Assembly: GCA_008632985.1 (NCBI GenBank)
Contig: QPGO01000059.1
Span: 186,001-250,000 of the forward strand
DNA length: 64,000 nt
Direction: 5' to 3'
DNA from: Psammoneis japonica
Lineage: Eukaryota
Under the pieces are notes generated by a model, which saw only the letters and a list, made by a program, of their open reading frames with translations, was not told the origin of the DNA and did no database searches. Made by a program: the position numbers and the translations under genes. Every line of letters begins with the position of its first letter. Positions within the stretch are counted from its first letter, which is position 1. Below, piece after piece: positions 34,594-47,538 of the stretch.

Positions 34594-35319
34594 TCTTTCA
34601 CGGGGGCATTCTTAATGCACAAGGCCAACCTCATTCCAATGCGTTGTTCCGCCTCCTCTTTGGATTCAATCTTCGTTTCGGGTTCTTCAATCTGTATTGA
34701 GAAACACATGCAACAACAATGTGACTTCCATCATAATCATACTCAGACCATACGTCTGCGAGAAATTTTGATATTTAAATCTGTAGCTACAGGAAGTGCC
34801 TTGACTTTTGCCATGGCCTCCTTTGTCACCTTTAGAGGCGCCACGGCCTTGACTGCGGATCCGTCCGCCATGCGATTCAGCTTTTCTCGAGCTGAATCCA
34901 TCATGTGTGCCGCGGCTCGAGCCATAAACTCATTCTGTCGTACAAGTCATTATCAAACTCCATGTTTGTCAAAGCAAAACGTTATACTTAGGAAGCAAGA
35001 GATGCGAGATTAGCGCTTGATGTCTTGTTGCACTCGCAGATTTCAGATTTCCGACGCGATATCTTTTCCAAAGATCTTCACGGAACGCAGACACACGAAC
35101 GTACAAATCTATGCGCCATAGTCAAGTAGTCAACATCAATGAGACGGGAGTGGGTTGTTACTACTTCGTTTGAATTCGGCGACAAAGTACAGTTAAAGAG
35201 GGAGAAATAAAAATATTAGACTAAAAAGTCGCAACTAGAGCCCTACAACATAAACTCATCTTGAACGAGCCACAACCCACAATCTCCCATCGCTGTCCTT
35301 TCGGGTGCCCTCCTCTCCA

Positions 35320-35530
35320 TAGAGAGAGGAACAGGTAAAGCACCATGACGCAGCTATCGATCAAAAAGTTGCAGTTGCACCACCCCACTTGAAACAACAT
35401 CATCCGTACAGAGATACGCAGAAGAGATAGAGAGAGGAACAGGAACAGCTCCACGACGCAACTACCCAACAGAAAGATACAGTTGCACAACCCCATTGAA
35501 ACAACATCCTCCATATAGAGACACGCATAG
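35320..35530. repeat. Two-copy ~110-bp tandem repeat
   Basis: AGAGAGAGGAACAGG...CAGTTGCAC..CCCC..TTGAAACAACATC..CC occurs twice. Confidence 0.7.
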
Positions 35531-35535
35531 AGGCT

Positions 35536-37556
35536 TTACGCAGCGGCACTGCAATCCGCGTCGGCGCAGTGGCGGTACTCAGTGTGAGCAATCATTTCCA
35601 TGGCAGTCTCGACGCCGACCAGCAAACGAAGAAGCTTTCGACCACGTTTTTGGGCGCCATCGTCGTATGGATGCTTCGTGATTCCATTCCAAACACACTC
35701 TACCATTCTGAGAAAGAGCTCGTCGTCTTCCACACTACACCATCCAATCGATTCCATCGCGTAGTAAAACGCATCGCATCCACTTTTAAACAGCCCGGTC
35801 GAGTCTTGGTATTTCTCGATCGCCTTTACCGTGTATTCCAGAATGGTGGATGCAATGCCCGGCCGCTTCTCGTCTGCAAAGAATGAGAAAAGGTCCACTG
35901 CGACTCTTTGGAGTCTCTCTTCCGTGTAATCTGGCTGCATCAAACCACGAATGACTGCTTCAAGGCCGCCCTTTTCAACGATGCGACTCGCATTTTTCTC
36001 TCCGTTGCCAGGGCGTAAGCTTAGAAATAGAATCGGGAAAGAACCAAGTAGAACTCTGAACCATGACCAAGCTGCTTCATAGTATTGATGACAACCTCGA
36101 ATAATCCTGCGTCAACAAGAGGCTCGGGAACTTCATAGTGGACAAGACAGGACGCAATATTTTTTGCCGCCATGAAAGCCGTCATGGACGTTTGTGGATC
36201 GCGGAGTGCGTCTAGCTGAGACACAAGGTATGGCATCGAAAGTGTAGACATCATTTCCTTCGACCTTTCCGGCCCCACCAGGATATCAAGTACTGATCTA
36301 GCCATGTAATCAACGTCATCGTGAGTCCAATGCTCGGGTAAAGAGTCCGAGATGCACTTCACAATCCTGGCAGAGAGCGTTTCATCTTCGAAGGAGAAAC
36401 CCGGTGTCTTCAAGGCATAATATATTACATTGCAAGCAGATACAAAGATTGAAGCTAGATGTGGGTGACCTTCCATAGCTTTGACCGAGCTTTCAATCAT
36501 AATCGGTGCATTCTCCGCAACGATAGATTTTTCCATGCTGAACAGTGCGAGAACCAATTCATGCACCGATTCGTCGGTAGGAAAATGATTCATAACGCGA
36601 ACGAGACCTTGGACACCGCTCTTTTTAAGGGCTTGCTCAATGCGGCGCAGCGTGCTGTGCTCGTCCTCGTGGATAGCGATGCATTTACCAAGGATAGCGC
36701 AGAGGAATTTGTAGAAAGCCGCATCTTGTCCGTCTTGTGTTGTGGCAGCAACGACAGCTTCTATCAAACCAATGTTTACCAGAGGCTCCACTTGTTCTGA
36801 TACTTCGATACCGTAAGCTATCTCCGCCGCCGCGCAGCATGCGAGGATTGGAGTGCTGGAAGAATCGCGGAGTTGCTTCAACTTGAGAACAAGATTCGGA
36901 ACCGTAGCAAGGCAAGTCAGCAATTTACGACCAATCTCGAACTTTTTTTTCGAACTCGAATGCTTTGAAAGGCCGTAGGAAATGCAGTCCATACACTGCT
37001 GGACGAGCTCCTTGTCTTGAAGAGCAAAGTTGATTGCGTTCAGCGCGCGATTGAGAACCCTGTAGCCAGCCTCGAATAAAACGGCCGAGTCTTTCAGCAT
37101 TTCCATGGCTTGCACGGTCTTTGCTATGATGGAGGTTGCACAATCAATGCTTGCCGCTTTGTTGATTCCAGTACAACAGTGCTGTAGCAGCTCTACTGTA
37201 CCGATCAGTAGATCCTCGTGGACTGGACTTGAATCCATGAGACCAATGATGTTCTCGAGGACGCCCATTTCAAGGATTTCGTCCGCGCATTCCGCCCCGT
37301 CATCCATGAATCGAGCAAGGATCGAGCACAGTGTCATGTAAAAGAGACGAGGCTGTCCTTTTTGTTTCAACGCGGCGACGGCGGCTTGGAGCAACCCGGC
37401 TTCGACGAGCGGCTTGGTTGGAACTCCCCCTTTCCTGACGGCATCCAAAATGTCATTCGCCGCCTTGAAAGCTTCCAAGGCGTTTGATGGATGACGGAGG
37501 GCTTCCACTGCAGAGAAGAGGGCCATCGTTGCAACGTTTGGAGTCGCCGTCGTCAT
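35536..37556 (-). CDS. ARM-like helical repeat protein (three internal ~210-aa repeats), frameshift near 36030; possibly a pseudogene
   Basis: Repeating LxxLR.P...AF.AA..I...PLV.AGL.EAVV units continue from ORF 36021-37631 into ORF 35536-35943 in another frame. Confidence 0.65.
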
Positions 37557-38367
37557 TGCTTTTTTTCCCGCGGTGCGGCGTGTTGCAAAAGAAGTGATTG
37601 TTCCACGTGCGCGCACCCGTCGCGCGTTCACCCCGCCAGCTCGTGACTCAGACTCGATTCACGAGTTGCTCAGTTGCTTGAGGCCGAAGCACCTCGCGTC
37701 GCCGCCGCCGCCATGAGCCATGATGCAAACTGCAGTTCATCGTTCACTCTCTCTTTCTGTGAGTCTGAACGGCACGAACGAATCGCAATTAAGATTTGTC
37801 AAGCCATGAAAAAAGGGGGGCTCTCCTTCTCTCTCGGCTTGCCTTCGGCTCTCATTTCAGAGTGCAGTTTTGCGGTTGGCGAAACACAGGGACGATTGAC
37901 GGCCAGACGCATGTTTGGCGGGAAACGCAACGATTTTTTGTGGTTTATTTTCACAAGATCTGTCGGCGGGACAATGACTCTCGCAACCATGACAACCGAT
38001 GCCATGTGCATCATGAACAAGTGTCATCCCAGTGAATGCTTTGGCCCGACCCCACCATCTGGAGCCCATCAATTTTCGTATCTGCAGGCATTTGACTTTT
38101 GCTGCACTGCGCCTGGTTGTCTACTCTAGCTACTAGGGCCCTAGAGTAGAGCAGGCAGGACGCAGGTCCAAAAATCTTCTGTGGAAAGCACAGCAAACCA
38201 GTCCTTTATTTTTTGAGATGACGTGCTCGCGCATTCGCGCGCATCTGAATGCGAACCCAACAGTTGGATGCGAACCATCTTTTGAAAAAGATCCAACGTC
38301 GACCACCCAAATTCAAAAATTTTGTTGTTCTCTCGCACATCGAAGATACAAAAGAAAAACGAAAACC

Positions 38368-41218
38368 ATGACGACGGTTCAGCTTGTACCAGAGCCTTTA
38401 GATCCCTGCAGTTCGTGTTCTCTTGTCGAAATTGAAGATCTTGTGGATACCGGAGCGGGAACATCAAGCAAGACAATATCAAATCCTTCTTCAAGTCGTC
38501 GCAAAAATCCTTCTTCAGAACAGCCGTCGTTTCTTGCAGCTTACAATAAGCATGTTCAAGAGCGTGCCGGAATGGCAGAAGGATTCGGCGTGGCACCGAA
38601 ACCTCTTAGTTCTGCTCAAGCCGAACAACTCATATCGGAGCTGTTGGAGGCAAGCGATGAGCGTGTCGCCGAAACGCTCGTGGAGATTCTCGCTACGCGT
38701 GTTTCGCCGGGTGTCGACGAAGCTGCGGCTGTAAAGGCCAAATTTCTCACAGACGTTGCTACCCAACAAGTGACTTTGACGTGCCTTTCCCGTGAACGCT
38801 CCATTGAGCTTTTGGGGACCATGCAGGGTGGATACAATGTCGAGCCCTTGATTCAGTTACTGCAAGATAACGACACCAAAATATCAAGCTTGGCAACTGA
38901 CCAGCTCAAGCATACGCTTTTCGTTTTTGACGCCTTTTCTAAAATCGAAGAGCTCCATCAATCCGGTGTTGCTGCTGCCACAACGTTGCTCGAGTCTTGG
39001 GCAGCCGCAGAATGGTTTACCGAGCAACGACCCAAGGTTCCCGACAAGATCACGGTGACCGTATTCAAGGTCGTCGGAGAAACAAATACCGACGATCTCA
39101 GTCCGGCTCCCGATGCATGGAGCCGTCCTGACATTCCACTTCACGCCGTTTCCATGCTAAAGAACAAGCGACCTGGCTTGGAACCGCTGGTGGACGGGTC
39201 TGTGGGTCCGTTGGCACAGATTGCATCCCTCAAAAAGAAAGGCTTTCCTTTGGCCTATACCGGCGAAGTCGTTGGAACAGGATCGTCTCGTAAGTCAGCT
39301 ACCAACTCAATTTTGTGGCACATGGGAGAAGACATACCTTACGTTCCAAACATTAAACGTGGTGGTGTTTGCCTCGGAGGTAAGATTGCTCCCATCTTTT
39401 TCAATACCATGGAAGATTCTGGCGCCCTTCCCATTGAGCTTGACGTATCATCGTTGCACATGGGGGATATCATTGATATTTATCCATACCAAGGAAAGGT
39501 GTGCAAGCATAATACGGAAGAAGTTTTGACTAGTTTCGAGTTAAAGACGAATGTACTCATGGACGAAGTCAGAGCTGGAGGCCGGATCCCTCTAATTGTG
39601 GGACGCAATCTTGCCGTCAAGGCACGCAAGGCACTCGGTATGGACACTGCTATTGACGACATCTTTCAGCTCCCACTTCCTCCAGAACACGTGCCAAAAG
39701 GCTGGACGCTAGCACAGAAAATGGTTGGCAAAGCCTGTGGGCTAGATGGAGTAGCACCGGGACAATATTGCGAACCAGCAATGTCTACAGTAGGCTCTCA
39801 AGACACGACAGGCCCCATGACGAGGGACGAGTTGCGCTCCTTGGCATGCATCAAATTTTCGGCAGATCTTGTGATGCAATCTTTTTGTCACACTGCTGCG
39901 TACCCTAAACCAGTCGATGTTGAGATGCACGAGACCTTACCAGAGTTTTTCCGGAGTCGAGGAGGAATAGCCTTGAAACCTGGCGATGGAATTATCCATG
40001 CCTGGATCAATCGTATGGTGCTCCCAGATGCCGTCGGTACAGGCGGTGACTCGCATACACGCTTTCCCATTGGTATTTCGTTTCCAGCCGGTTCAGGGTT
40101 GGTCGCCTTCGCCGCGGCAACTGGTATCATGCCCCTGGACATGCCTGAAAGTGTCTTGGTTCGATTCACGGGCGACATGCAGCCTGGAATCACTCTTCGC
40201 GATTTGGTACAGGCGATCCCTTACACTGCAATTCAGAAGGGACTGCTGACCGTGGAAAAGGAAGGCAAGAAGAACATTTTTTCCGGTCGCATTTTGGAAA
40301 TTGAAGGAATGTCCCACTTGCAGTGTGAACAAGCGTTCGAGTTTGCGGCAGCGGCGGCAGAACGCTCAGCGGCTGCCTGTACCGTCAAACTGGACAAAGA
40401 ACCAGTAGTCGAATTCGTAACGTCGAATGTCGTCCTACTCAAATGGATGATCTCCAACGGCTATGGTGACGCGACTACGCTCAAGAAACGCATCGCTCAA
40501 ATGCAGGAATGGCTGGACAACCCGGTGTTGCTGGAGGCCGACCCGGATGCTGAGTATGCAGCGGTCATCGAAATCAACATGGACGAGTTAAAGGAACCTG
40601 TGTTGGCGCTGCCGAATGACCCGGATGCCTGTGCGTTGTTGTCGGATGTTGCGGGTACTTCGGTGGATGAGGTATTTGTAGGAAGCTGCATGACGAATAT
40701 TACTCATTTCCGAGCTGTGGTATGTATTCTCTTGTGACCCCTGACTCTCCATTATATAGGCCACTCACCGCTTTCTACTATTCTCTTTCTTTGTCTGCTG
40801 GTCGCAGGGTAAGCTTGTCGCGACCGAGAAAAAGCATGTCCCAACAAGGTTATGGTTGACGCCGCCGACAAAGATGGATAACACACAGTTGAGAAAGGAA
40901 GGCTATTATGGATCGTTCTGTGTTGCTGGGGCCCGTACCGAGCTTCCAGGTTGCTCTCTCTGTATGGGGAATCAAGCTCGTGTCTCCACCGGAGCGACGG
41001 TCGTTTCAACCAGTACAAGGAATTTTCCAAATCGACTCGGCCAGGCAACCAACGTCTACCTTGCGAGTGCTGAACTTGCTGCAGTCACGTCCATTCTAGG
41101 GAGGCTCCCTACTTTGGATGAGTACTTGCAGTATGTGGAAAAGGTTGGCCAAAATAAGTCAGATTCAGACCAGTATCTTCGCTTTGATCGCATGCCTAAG
41201 TTCAGTCAGGCTGCTTGA
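38368..41218 (+). CDS. acnB: Aconitate hydratase 2 (bacterial-type aconitase B); intron 40720-40807
   Basis: RVSPGVDEAA, GETNTDDLSPAPDAWSRPDIPLHA, GSSRKSATNS, GSQDTTGPMTRDEL, GGDSHTRFP, GSCMTNI, GCSLCMGNQARV and STSTRNFPNRLG. Splicing GTATGT...CAG gives HFRAV/GKL. Confidence 0.95.
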
Positions 41219-41438
41219 GATCGGAATCTTGGTGTTAACAACTTGGAGGAACCGACATGAATTTGTTGTTGTGGATAAATATTAAACTTATATCGATGAA
41301 TTGGCTTTTCAGAACATATGTCGCTTTATCACAGAATCTGAATTCAGCTGGCTCAAAGTGACAACAGGTTCGGTAGGAGGTGGAATCAAAGAAGTTCGAT
41401 GTTGTTCATTTATTTCTCCTGTTATGATCCTCACTGCC

Positions 41439-41602
41439 TCGACGAAATGTTATAGCTAAATTACTAAGAGTTTTTTCGACGGCCTTGGAATCAACACATT
41501 GATTTGAGCGATTGCGATGTTCGACGAAATGTTATAGCTAAATTACTAAGAGTTTTTTCGACGGCCTTGGAATCAACACATTGATTTGAGCGATTGCGAT
41601 GT
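41439..41602. repeat. Perfect 82-bp tandem duplication
   Basis: TCGACGAAATGTTATAGC...GATTGCGATGT at 41439-41520 and 41521-41602. Confidence 0.95.
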
Positions 41603-42031
41603 TGTTGCTCGTCATGCACAGTACCTCCGAAACAGAAGCTCAAAAAAGACATCATCTTGAACGAACCGAGCACGCTGAGGACCTATCCTGAGGTGACAGC
41701 AATTCCTGTTATCCTCGCAGAGATGACTCCAAAGTTCACCACTCCCAGAGTACAGAGTAGCTCGACGGTCGTTGAAGGCACCTGTCGGCACCATTCCCTG
41801 GGCCAACATTCCAAACAACCCAGCTCATGCCATCCGATGCATATTTTGCAAACGTAACCGGTTTGATAAACACCAAATTTTCGTTAGGCAAATTGAGAGA
41901 ACTGTTTACGACAAGCAGGAGGATGATATGACGTGAATCTTTACTGTGGTATTATTCGTAAATTTGCTCAAATAGTCGAGGAACATGTATTTCAATCTAG
42001 ATCCCACATTACTAAAGAATCGGAAGGCAAG

Positions 42032-44614
42032 CTAATTCAAAGGTGATACATCGTTGATAACACCCGCGATGATTCCTTGAAGTGTCTCCGATGGATTCAT
42101 CGCCCGCATCGCCTTGTCGTATTCAAAATGATAATATCCGCCAAGCTCGACTCCACTTCCCTGGCTGTTGTCTATTTCGCCCAGAATCTTGTCACGAGCG
42201 GCCTGGAGTTGCTCACACAGCGGACGATAATGCTCGTCTTCTTGGGCAAGAAACTCGGCCCAGTGCAACGCAATGTAGAAGTTCGTGTCACGATTGTCGA
42301 TCTCGTGCACACGTCTTTCAGGTAGCTCGTGTTTCTCCATCACAACACCTATCGCCTTGTAGAGACAGTCTCCCAGGAGCTGTAATTTTTCGTTATGAGT
42401 GCGGCTACCAAGCCTTGTACAGGCTTCAGCAAAAGCCTGGTATTCGCCTAAGCTGTTCCAACGAAGGTGGTCGCACTTGATAAACTGCTGCACGTGCTTC
42501 GGAGCTGAGCCTCCCGCGCCAGTCTCGTAGAGCATTCCTCCTTGCAACAAAGAGACGATAGAGAGGACTTTTGCAGACGTCCCAAGTTCCAAGATCGGAA
42601 AGAGATCAGTCAAATAATCTCGAAGCACATTCCCAGTGACGGAGATGGTATCGAGACCTGCAGTCGCACGCTCCATAGACTCTCGAATTGCGTGCGTTGG
42701 TTTCATCACTTCAAGATCCAGTCCTTGCGTGTCATGATCCTCCAAGTATGCCTTCACCTTTTCCAAAAGGCAAGCATCGTGACCTCTTTCTGGGTCCAGC
42801 CAAAAGATTGCCTTTGCGCCCGTTTCTTTGGCGCGAGTCACTGCCAGCTTGACCCAGTCCTGAATTGCCTCGACCTTGGTTTGGCACATTCTCCAAATGT
42901 CCCCTTCCTTCACTTTGTGCTCTAGATACACCTTGTCGGTGTTCTTGTCACGAACGCGAACAACTCCAGGTACGGGGATCTCGAAAGTCTTGTCGTGGGA
43001 TCCGTATTCCTCTGCTTTCATCGCCATGAGACCCACATTGGACACGTTACCTAATGATACGAAACGAAAAACAAAACATTGGTCATTTTTCATTTTCATT
43101 GCTAAGACAAGTGCGCAGCATGATCCTTACCCATGGTGGCACAGTCAAACTGTCCATTAGCCTTCACATACGATATCATCTCTTGGTACATGGTGGCATA
43201 GCTCCTGTCAGGGATGAGGCATTTTACATCCTCAAGCCGACCGAGCTTGTTCCACATTTTTCCGCCATCACGAACCACAATTGGCATCGAATTATCAATG
43301 ATAACGTCGGAAGGGACGTGAAGGTTTGTGATTCCTTTGTCAGAATCAACCATGGCAATCCATGGCCTTTCCGAGTAACAGGACTCAAAGTCCTCGAGGA
43401 TCTCCGCTGCTCTTTCTTTGGATAGCTTCTTCTCAACTGATCCCAATATACTCTTAAGCCCATTATTAGGATCAGCACCAATCTCTTCAAATAGCTTTTC
43501 GTTCTTGTCCCATGCCGTCTTGAAGAAGGTCTTGACACAATGCCCAAAGATGATTGGGTCGCTGACTTTCATCATGGTAGCCTTGAGATGCAAACTGAGC
43601 AAAATGTTGGTGTCCATGGCATCTTTCATTTCACTGTAATAATAATAAACGAAACAACACGCGGGAATAAGTAACGAGCAACAATAATGACGTCAAAGTA
43701 CACGGTATAAATTGAGAAACCCACCTCTCATAGTAGCGCCGCAACTCCTCAACATCCATAAAGGAGCCATCAATAACTTCTCCCGCCTGCAAGTCAATAT
43801 TTTCCTTTAGAACCTCCACTTTGCCGTCTTCTTCACGTACAAGCTCAATGGCTACGGATGTTGCTTCGTCCACCACTGCGGTCTTTTCGCTCTCGTAGAA
43901 GTCTCCCTTGGTCATGTGAGCAACATGGGTACGACTCGCTTTGCTCCATAGCTTCATCAAGCGACTGGGATTCTTCTGAGCATCACGCTTGACCACCTTG
44001 GAAGCGTGTCGATCGCTGTTTCCTTGACGAATGACGGGGTTGACGGCACTTCCCAAGACTTTGGAGTCGTAGCGATGCTTGATTGAAACCTCTTCTTGGG
44101 TTTCGGGTTCCTGAGGGTAAAGCGGGATATTAAACCCTTTGACGCGGAGTTCTTGGATGCATGCTTGAAGCTGAGGGATACTAGCAGAAATATTTGGTAG
44201 TTTCAAAATCGTAATGGTTTCATCTGGCGTTCGGCAAAGATCTCCGAGATACTGAAGATTGTCAGGAACGCGTTGTTGTTCCTTCAAATACTCTGGAAAA
44301 GCAGCCAGAACACGACCAGCCAGCGATATGTCACAGGGAACGACATCAACGCCCGCGAGAGATGAAAATGCCGTGAATATCGGTAACAGATTGTAGGTAG
44401 CCAAGGCCTAGAAAGAGTTGACGATGGTGCGATGAGAAGCGTTGATGTGTAAGATACCACATAGGCATGAAATTTCAGCAAAACAATTCGCGTAAATCGA
44501 ACAGGTACGTACTGGCGCTTCATCAGTTTCTGTATAAATAATCCTTGCCATAGCACCAGGTAGTGGCGCGTGTGGATGGTTGGATGTCGGCGGTAAAGGA
44601 ACCGTCGTCGTCAT
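42032..44614 (-). CDS. idh: Monomeric NADP-dependent isocitrate dehydrogenase; introns 44408-44512, 43634-43724 and 43051-43130
   Basis: IIYTETDEAP/ALAT, KLPNISASIPQL, GSAVNPVIRQGNSDR, SLHLKATMMKVSDPIIFGH, KAEEYGSHDKTF, TGNVLRDYLTDLFPILELGTSAK and ETGAGGSAPKHVQQ. All three GT-AG introns restore the frame. Confidence 0.95.
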
Positions 44615-44759
44615 GGTGAGTATCTTTTGGGTTCTCGAAGAACAAAATCAAAATTGTGAGAGTTCTCGTTTCTGCGTTCAAATCTTTGAGTGGATGCAGA
44701 TCCGCATTCGCGCGCTTTTCGCGCACACTTCAACGCGAACTCAATGGGTGGCTGTTTAG

Positions 44760-46490
44760 GCATTTGACATTCAAAGCACTGTGAAACCCAAGGAAGAGGA
44801 TTTTTTGCTCAAAGCACTGTGAAAGCCTTTTGGTTGGCCACTGTGTCATGTTGTGCCCTTAAGAACTCCCGGCAGCTTTCATCAATCACTGGGCTCGTCC
44901 CTGGTTGTTGTTGCTTCTTGTGCTGCTCAGGCTGCCTTTGCGAAAGCAACTGCCTGCATCTTGCATCAGAGCAGCTCAGTTCTGTGCATGTGCGGCAGCA
45001 GCTTTGAATCACTTGAATGAAATTTTAGCTCCCTTTTGTCAATCTTGCATGACCTCAAATGCCACTCAGATTCTGTCCAGCCCGGCAGACAATCTTTTGG
45101 ACGAAACACCCTGAAATTTTGGCTCCCTTTTGTCAACCTCACATGACCTCAAAGGCCACCTAGATTCCCTCCAGCCTGGCAGGCAATCTTTTAGATAAAA
45201 CACTCACAAAATCCTTCTGGACAAGAGTCCATTTTGTTGCAATGACAAAAACAACAACTTTGAAGCTCCTGCTGCGCGCCAATGTGTCAAAAAACTGTCT
45301 CGCTGTTTGGAGCACCAGCTGCACACATTTGGCACCCACCCCAAGGAGGCGAAAAGTTGGTGCTCTTGCTCCACATGAAATGGGCCTGGTTTTGCTGGCC
45401 ATGAGGAGTGCACTGTGCTCAAAGAATGAGTGTGCAAACAAAAGCAGAACAAACCACAAACAGCGGAAATTGTGAGACTGAAGTTTGTTCTGCAACTGTG
45501 GGATTCTTTGGAGCTCTCAATGATGGCTCAAAGAATTTGTGATTTGTGCTGCTCCTGCAGAAAACAAAGCCCCCCTTTTGGAGAATCCAATCATGATGCA
45601 ACAAATTGTCCAGATGTGATCAACATTGACACCTCATGTGTCAACTTTGTTTGTTGATTGTGGTTGTAATTTTAGATGTCCAATCAATTCTGTGTGATTG
45701 GTCTGACCTGCACACGCATCCACGACTGTCGCGCAATTGACGCGCACACAAAACAACAAAATGTGCAATCATGTGGGAGTGTGATGGCATTTTTCATCCC
45801 AAGGGTTCTGCAAGAACATTGTTCATTAAAATGTGAGCATTGGCTGCAAGTGCTTGTAGAGATCAAAAGTGCCAGTTGTTGAAGCACTGTTGTGTTGTCA
45901 CCGAGTGAAGTCTCGCCCAACACATGTGACTTGCACAGCAGGGCAACTTGGCTCTGGCTGCTTTTGCGCACTGTGGTCACATCCATCTTAAACCTGCCAA
46001 TTGTCTTTTAGAGCTTGAGTGTTCTCTGGACAGCTGTGGCAGGTGTGGAAATGCTGTCGAAGTCAGTGTGTGCTGTGGCAAACACAAAACTTCGCAGCTG
46101 TCATCTCACACACACAAAAGTGTGTTGTGCCGGCTGGCGAGCATCCTCCACTTGGGGTCATGAGCATGACTCATGCAGTGTGAGCTGCTGCTGTGGCAAT
46201 GTGCACTCAGTTGCAAAAATGTCATTGCCTTCTTGCTGGCAATGACATTGCATTTGAGCCATTTTTTTCTCATGCTCAGTCTTGTTGCAAAAGAGACTCG
46301 GCTGCTTTCAAACGCTGCTGGCAGCATCAAAAATACACGCCAAAGATGGAGCTTCAAAATGATGTCCCTGCCCACGACACTCTCTTCACATTTCTCAAGT
46401 GGAGCCGCACATGAGCAAGTCTGAGGACAAGAAGTCCACATTTTCAAATTTGGTGTGTGCAAAAGCTCCTGCACATCTGGAACTGAAACT
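44760..46490. mobile_element. Decayed TpA-depleted block, probably transposon-derived (family not identified)
   Basis: Same TA-poor, TG/CA-rich composition as the other blocks. Internal short duplication at about 45020-45200. No intact ORF. Confidence 0.5.
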
Positions 46491-46779
46491 AATTCGCGCG
46501 AAGCTCAACGGGTTTATAAAGACATTAACTCATGAAGCTATGAATTATTCAGCCGTTACGATGACACAAACATATATATATTCACTATCATATACTTACT
46601 AATAGTTTACCGTTATGGGAAATTTATCCTTGTATACAAATCATTCTTATTCTTATTCGTACTCGTAATCAGCGATGAATTTGGTCCCACAAAAAATGTG
46701 AACAAAAATCCATTGCCTCCGACGTCGCAGTGAATTGAGCACATAATCTCACCGATTGTGACTTACACATAACACCAAG

Positions 46780-47538
46780 ATGATTCATCCTGTCAGTAGT
46801 CAAGAGCAGTATTTCTTTGTCCCAACGGTCCCAACTCAGACCATGTGGGAGGAACAGAAGAAAATGCCAAAGAAGCGAGTTACATTCTCAACCACTCTCG
46901 AGGTTGCGTGCTACGAGGAGGAACCCAGAACCAAGGTGAACAAGAAAAAGAAGTGGTACAGAAAGAAGGACTTTAACCGCTTCAGAGCTGAGAACCTTGA
47001 TATTGTCACAGCGGCGAGAGACAAAGGTAACGTGGATGAGTCAGTTCATACCGTTCGCGGGTTGGAGAGATCTATCTACTTCACTCCTGAGAAGAGACGC
47101 CAAGAACGAATGAGACTGATTCACACCGTCCTCCAAGAGCAAAACTACCAAAGACAAGAAGGACTCAACGATCCAACGTCTCTTCGCAATATCTCGTGCA
47201 CGTACTCTCAATGGGAGAGGGATCAAGCTCTTCGTATGGCTGCCGTCGACGCTTTCTTTGCTGCCCTTTTGTGCGAAGACGTTGCTAACTACACCTACAG
47301 CAACACTCGAACAGTCGCAGTCTTTGATCCATCTAGAAAGATGGAGCCACAGGTAACATACCCTGTACCAAAGCCCGTTCTTGCGTCGGTGGCTAATTCG
47401 ATGAAGAAGCGTCCACGCGCCGACATGCATATGAGAACAAGATGCGGAGCGCCACCGAGAAATATGGCACCCTTCTTGGGCACCAAAAGGCCACGAGATA
47501 GCAGCCGCCTTTATTGGCACTCTGTGGCGACCTTTTAG
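46780..47538 (+). CDS. Diatom-type hypothetical protein
   Basis: KKRVTFS...KWY...RGLE...VLQEQ..Q...NDP..L motif set. Confidence 0.75.
   Translation: MIHPVSSQEQYFFVPTVPTQTMWEEQKKMPKKRVTFSTTLEVACYEEEPRTKVNKKKKWYRKKDFNRFRAENLDIVTAARDKGNVDESVHTVRGLERSIYFTPEKRRQERMRLIHTVLQEQNYQRQEGLNDPTSLRNISCTYSQWERDQALRMAAVDAFFAALLCEDVANYTYSNTRTVAVFDPSRKMEPQVTYPVPKPVLASVANSMKKRPRADMHMRTRCGAPPRNMAPFLGTKRPRDSSRLYWHSVATF

Noticed and set aside
38218..38367. Upstream ATG extension of acnB
   Set aside because: Overlaps promoter-like motifs. The ATG at 38368 follows an A-rich leader with ACCATG context. Not excluded without transcript data.
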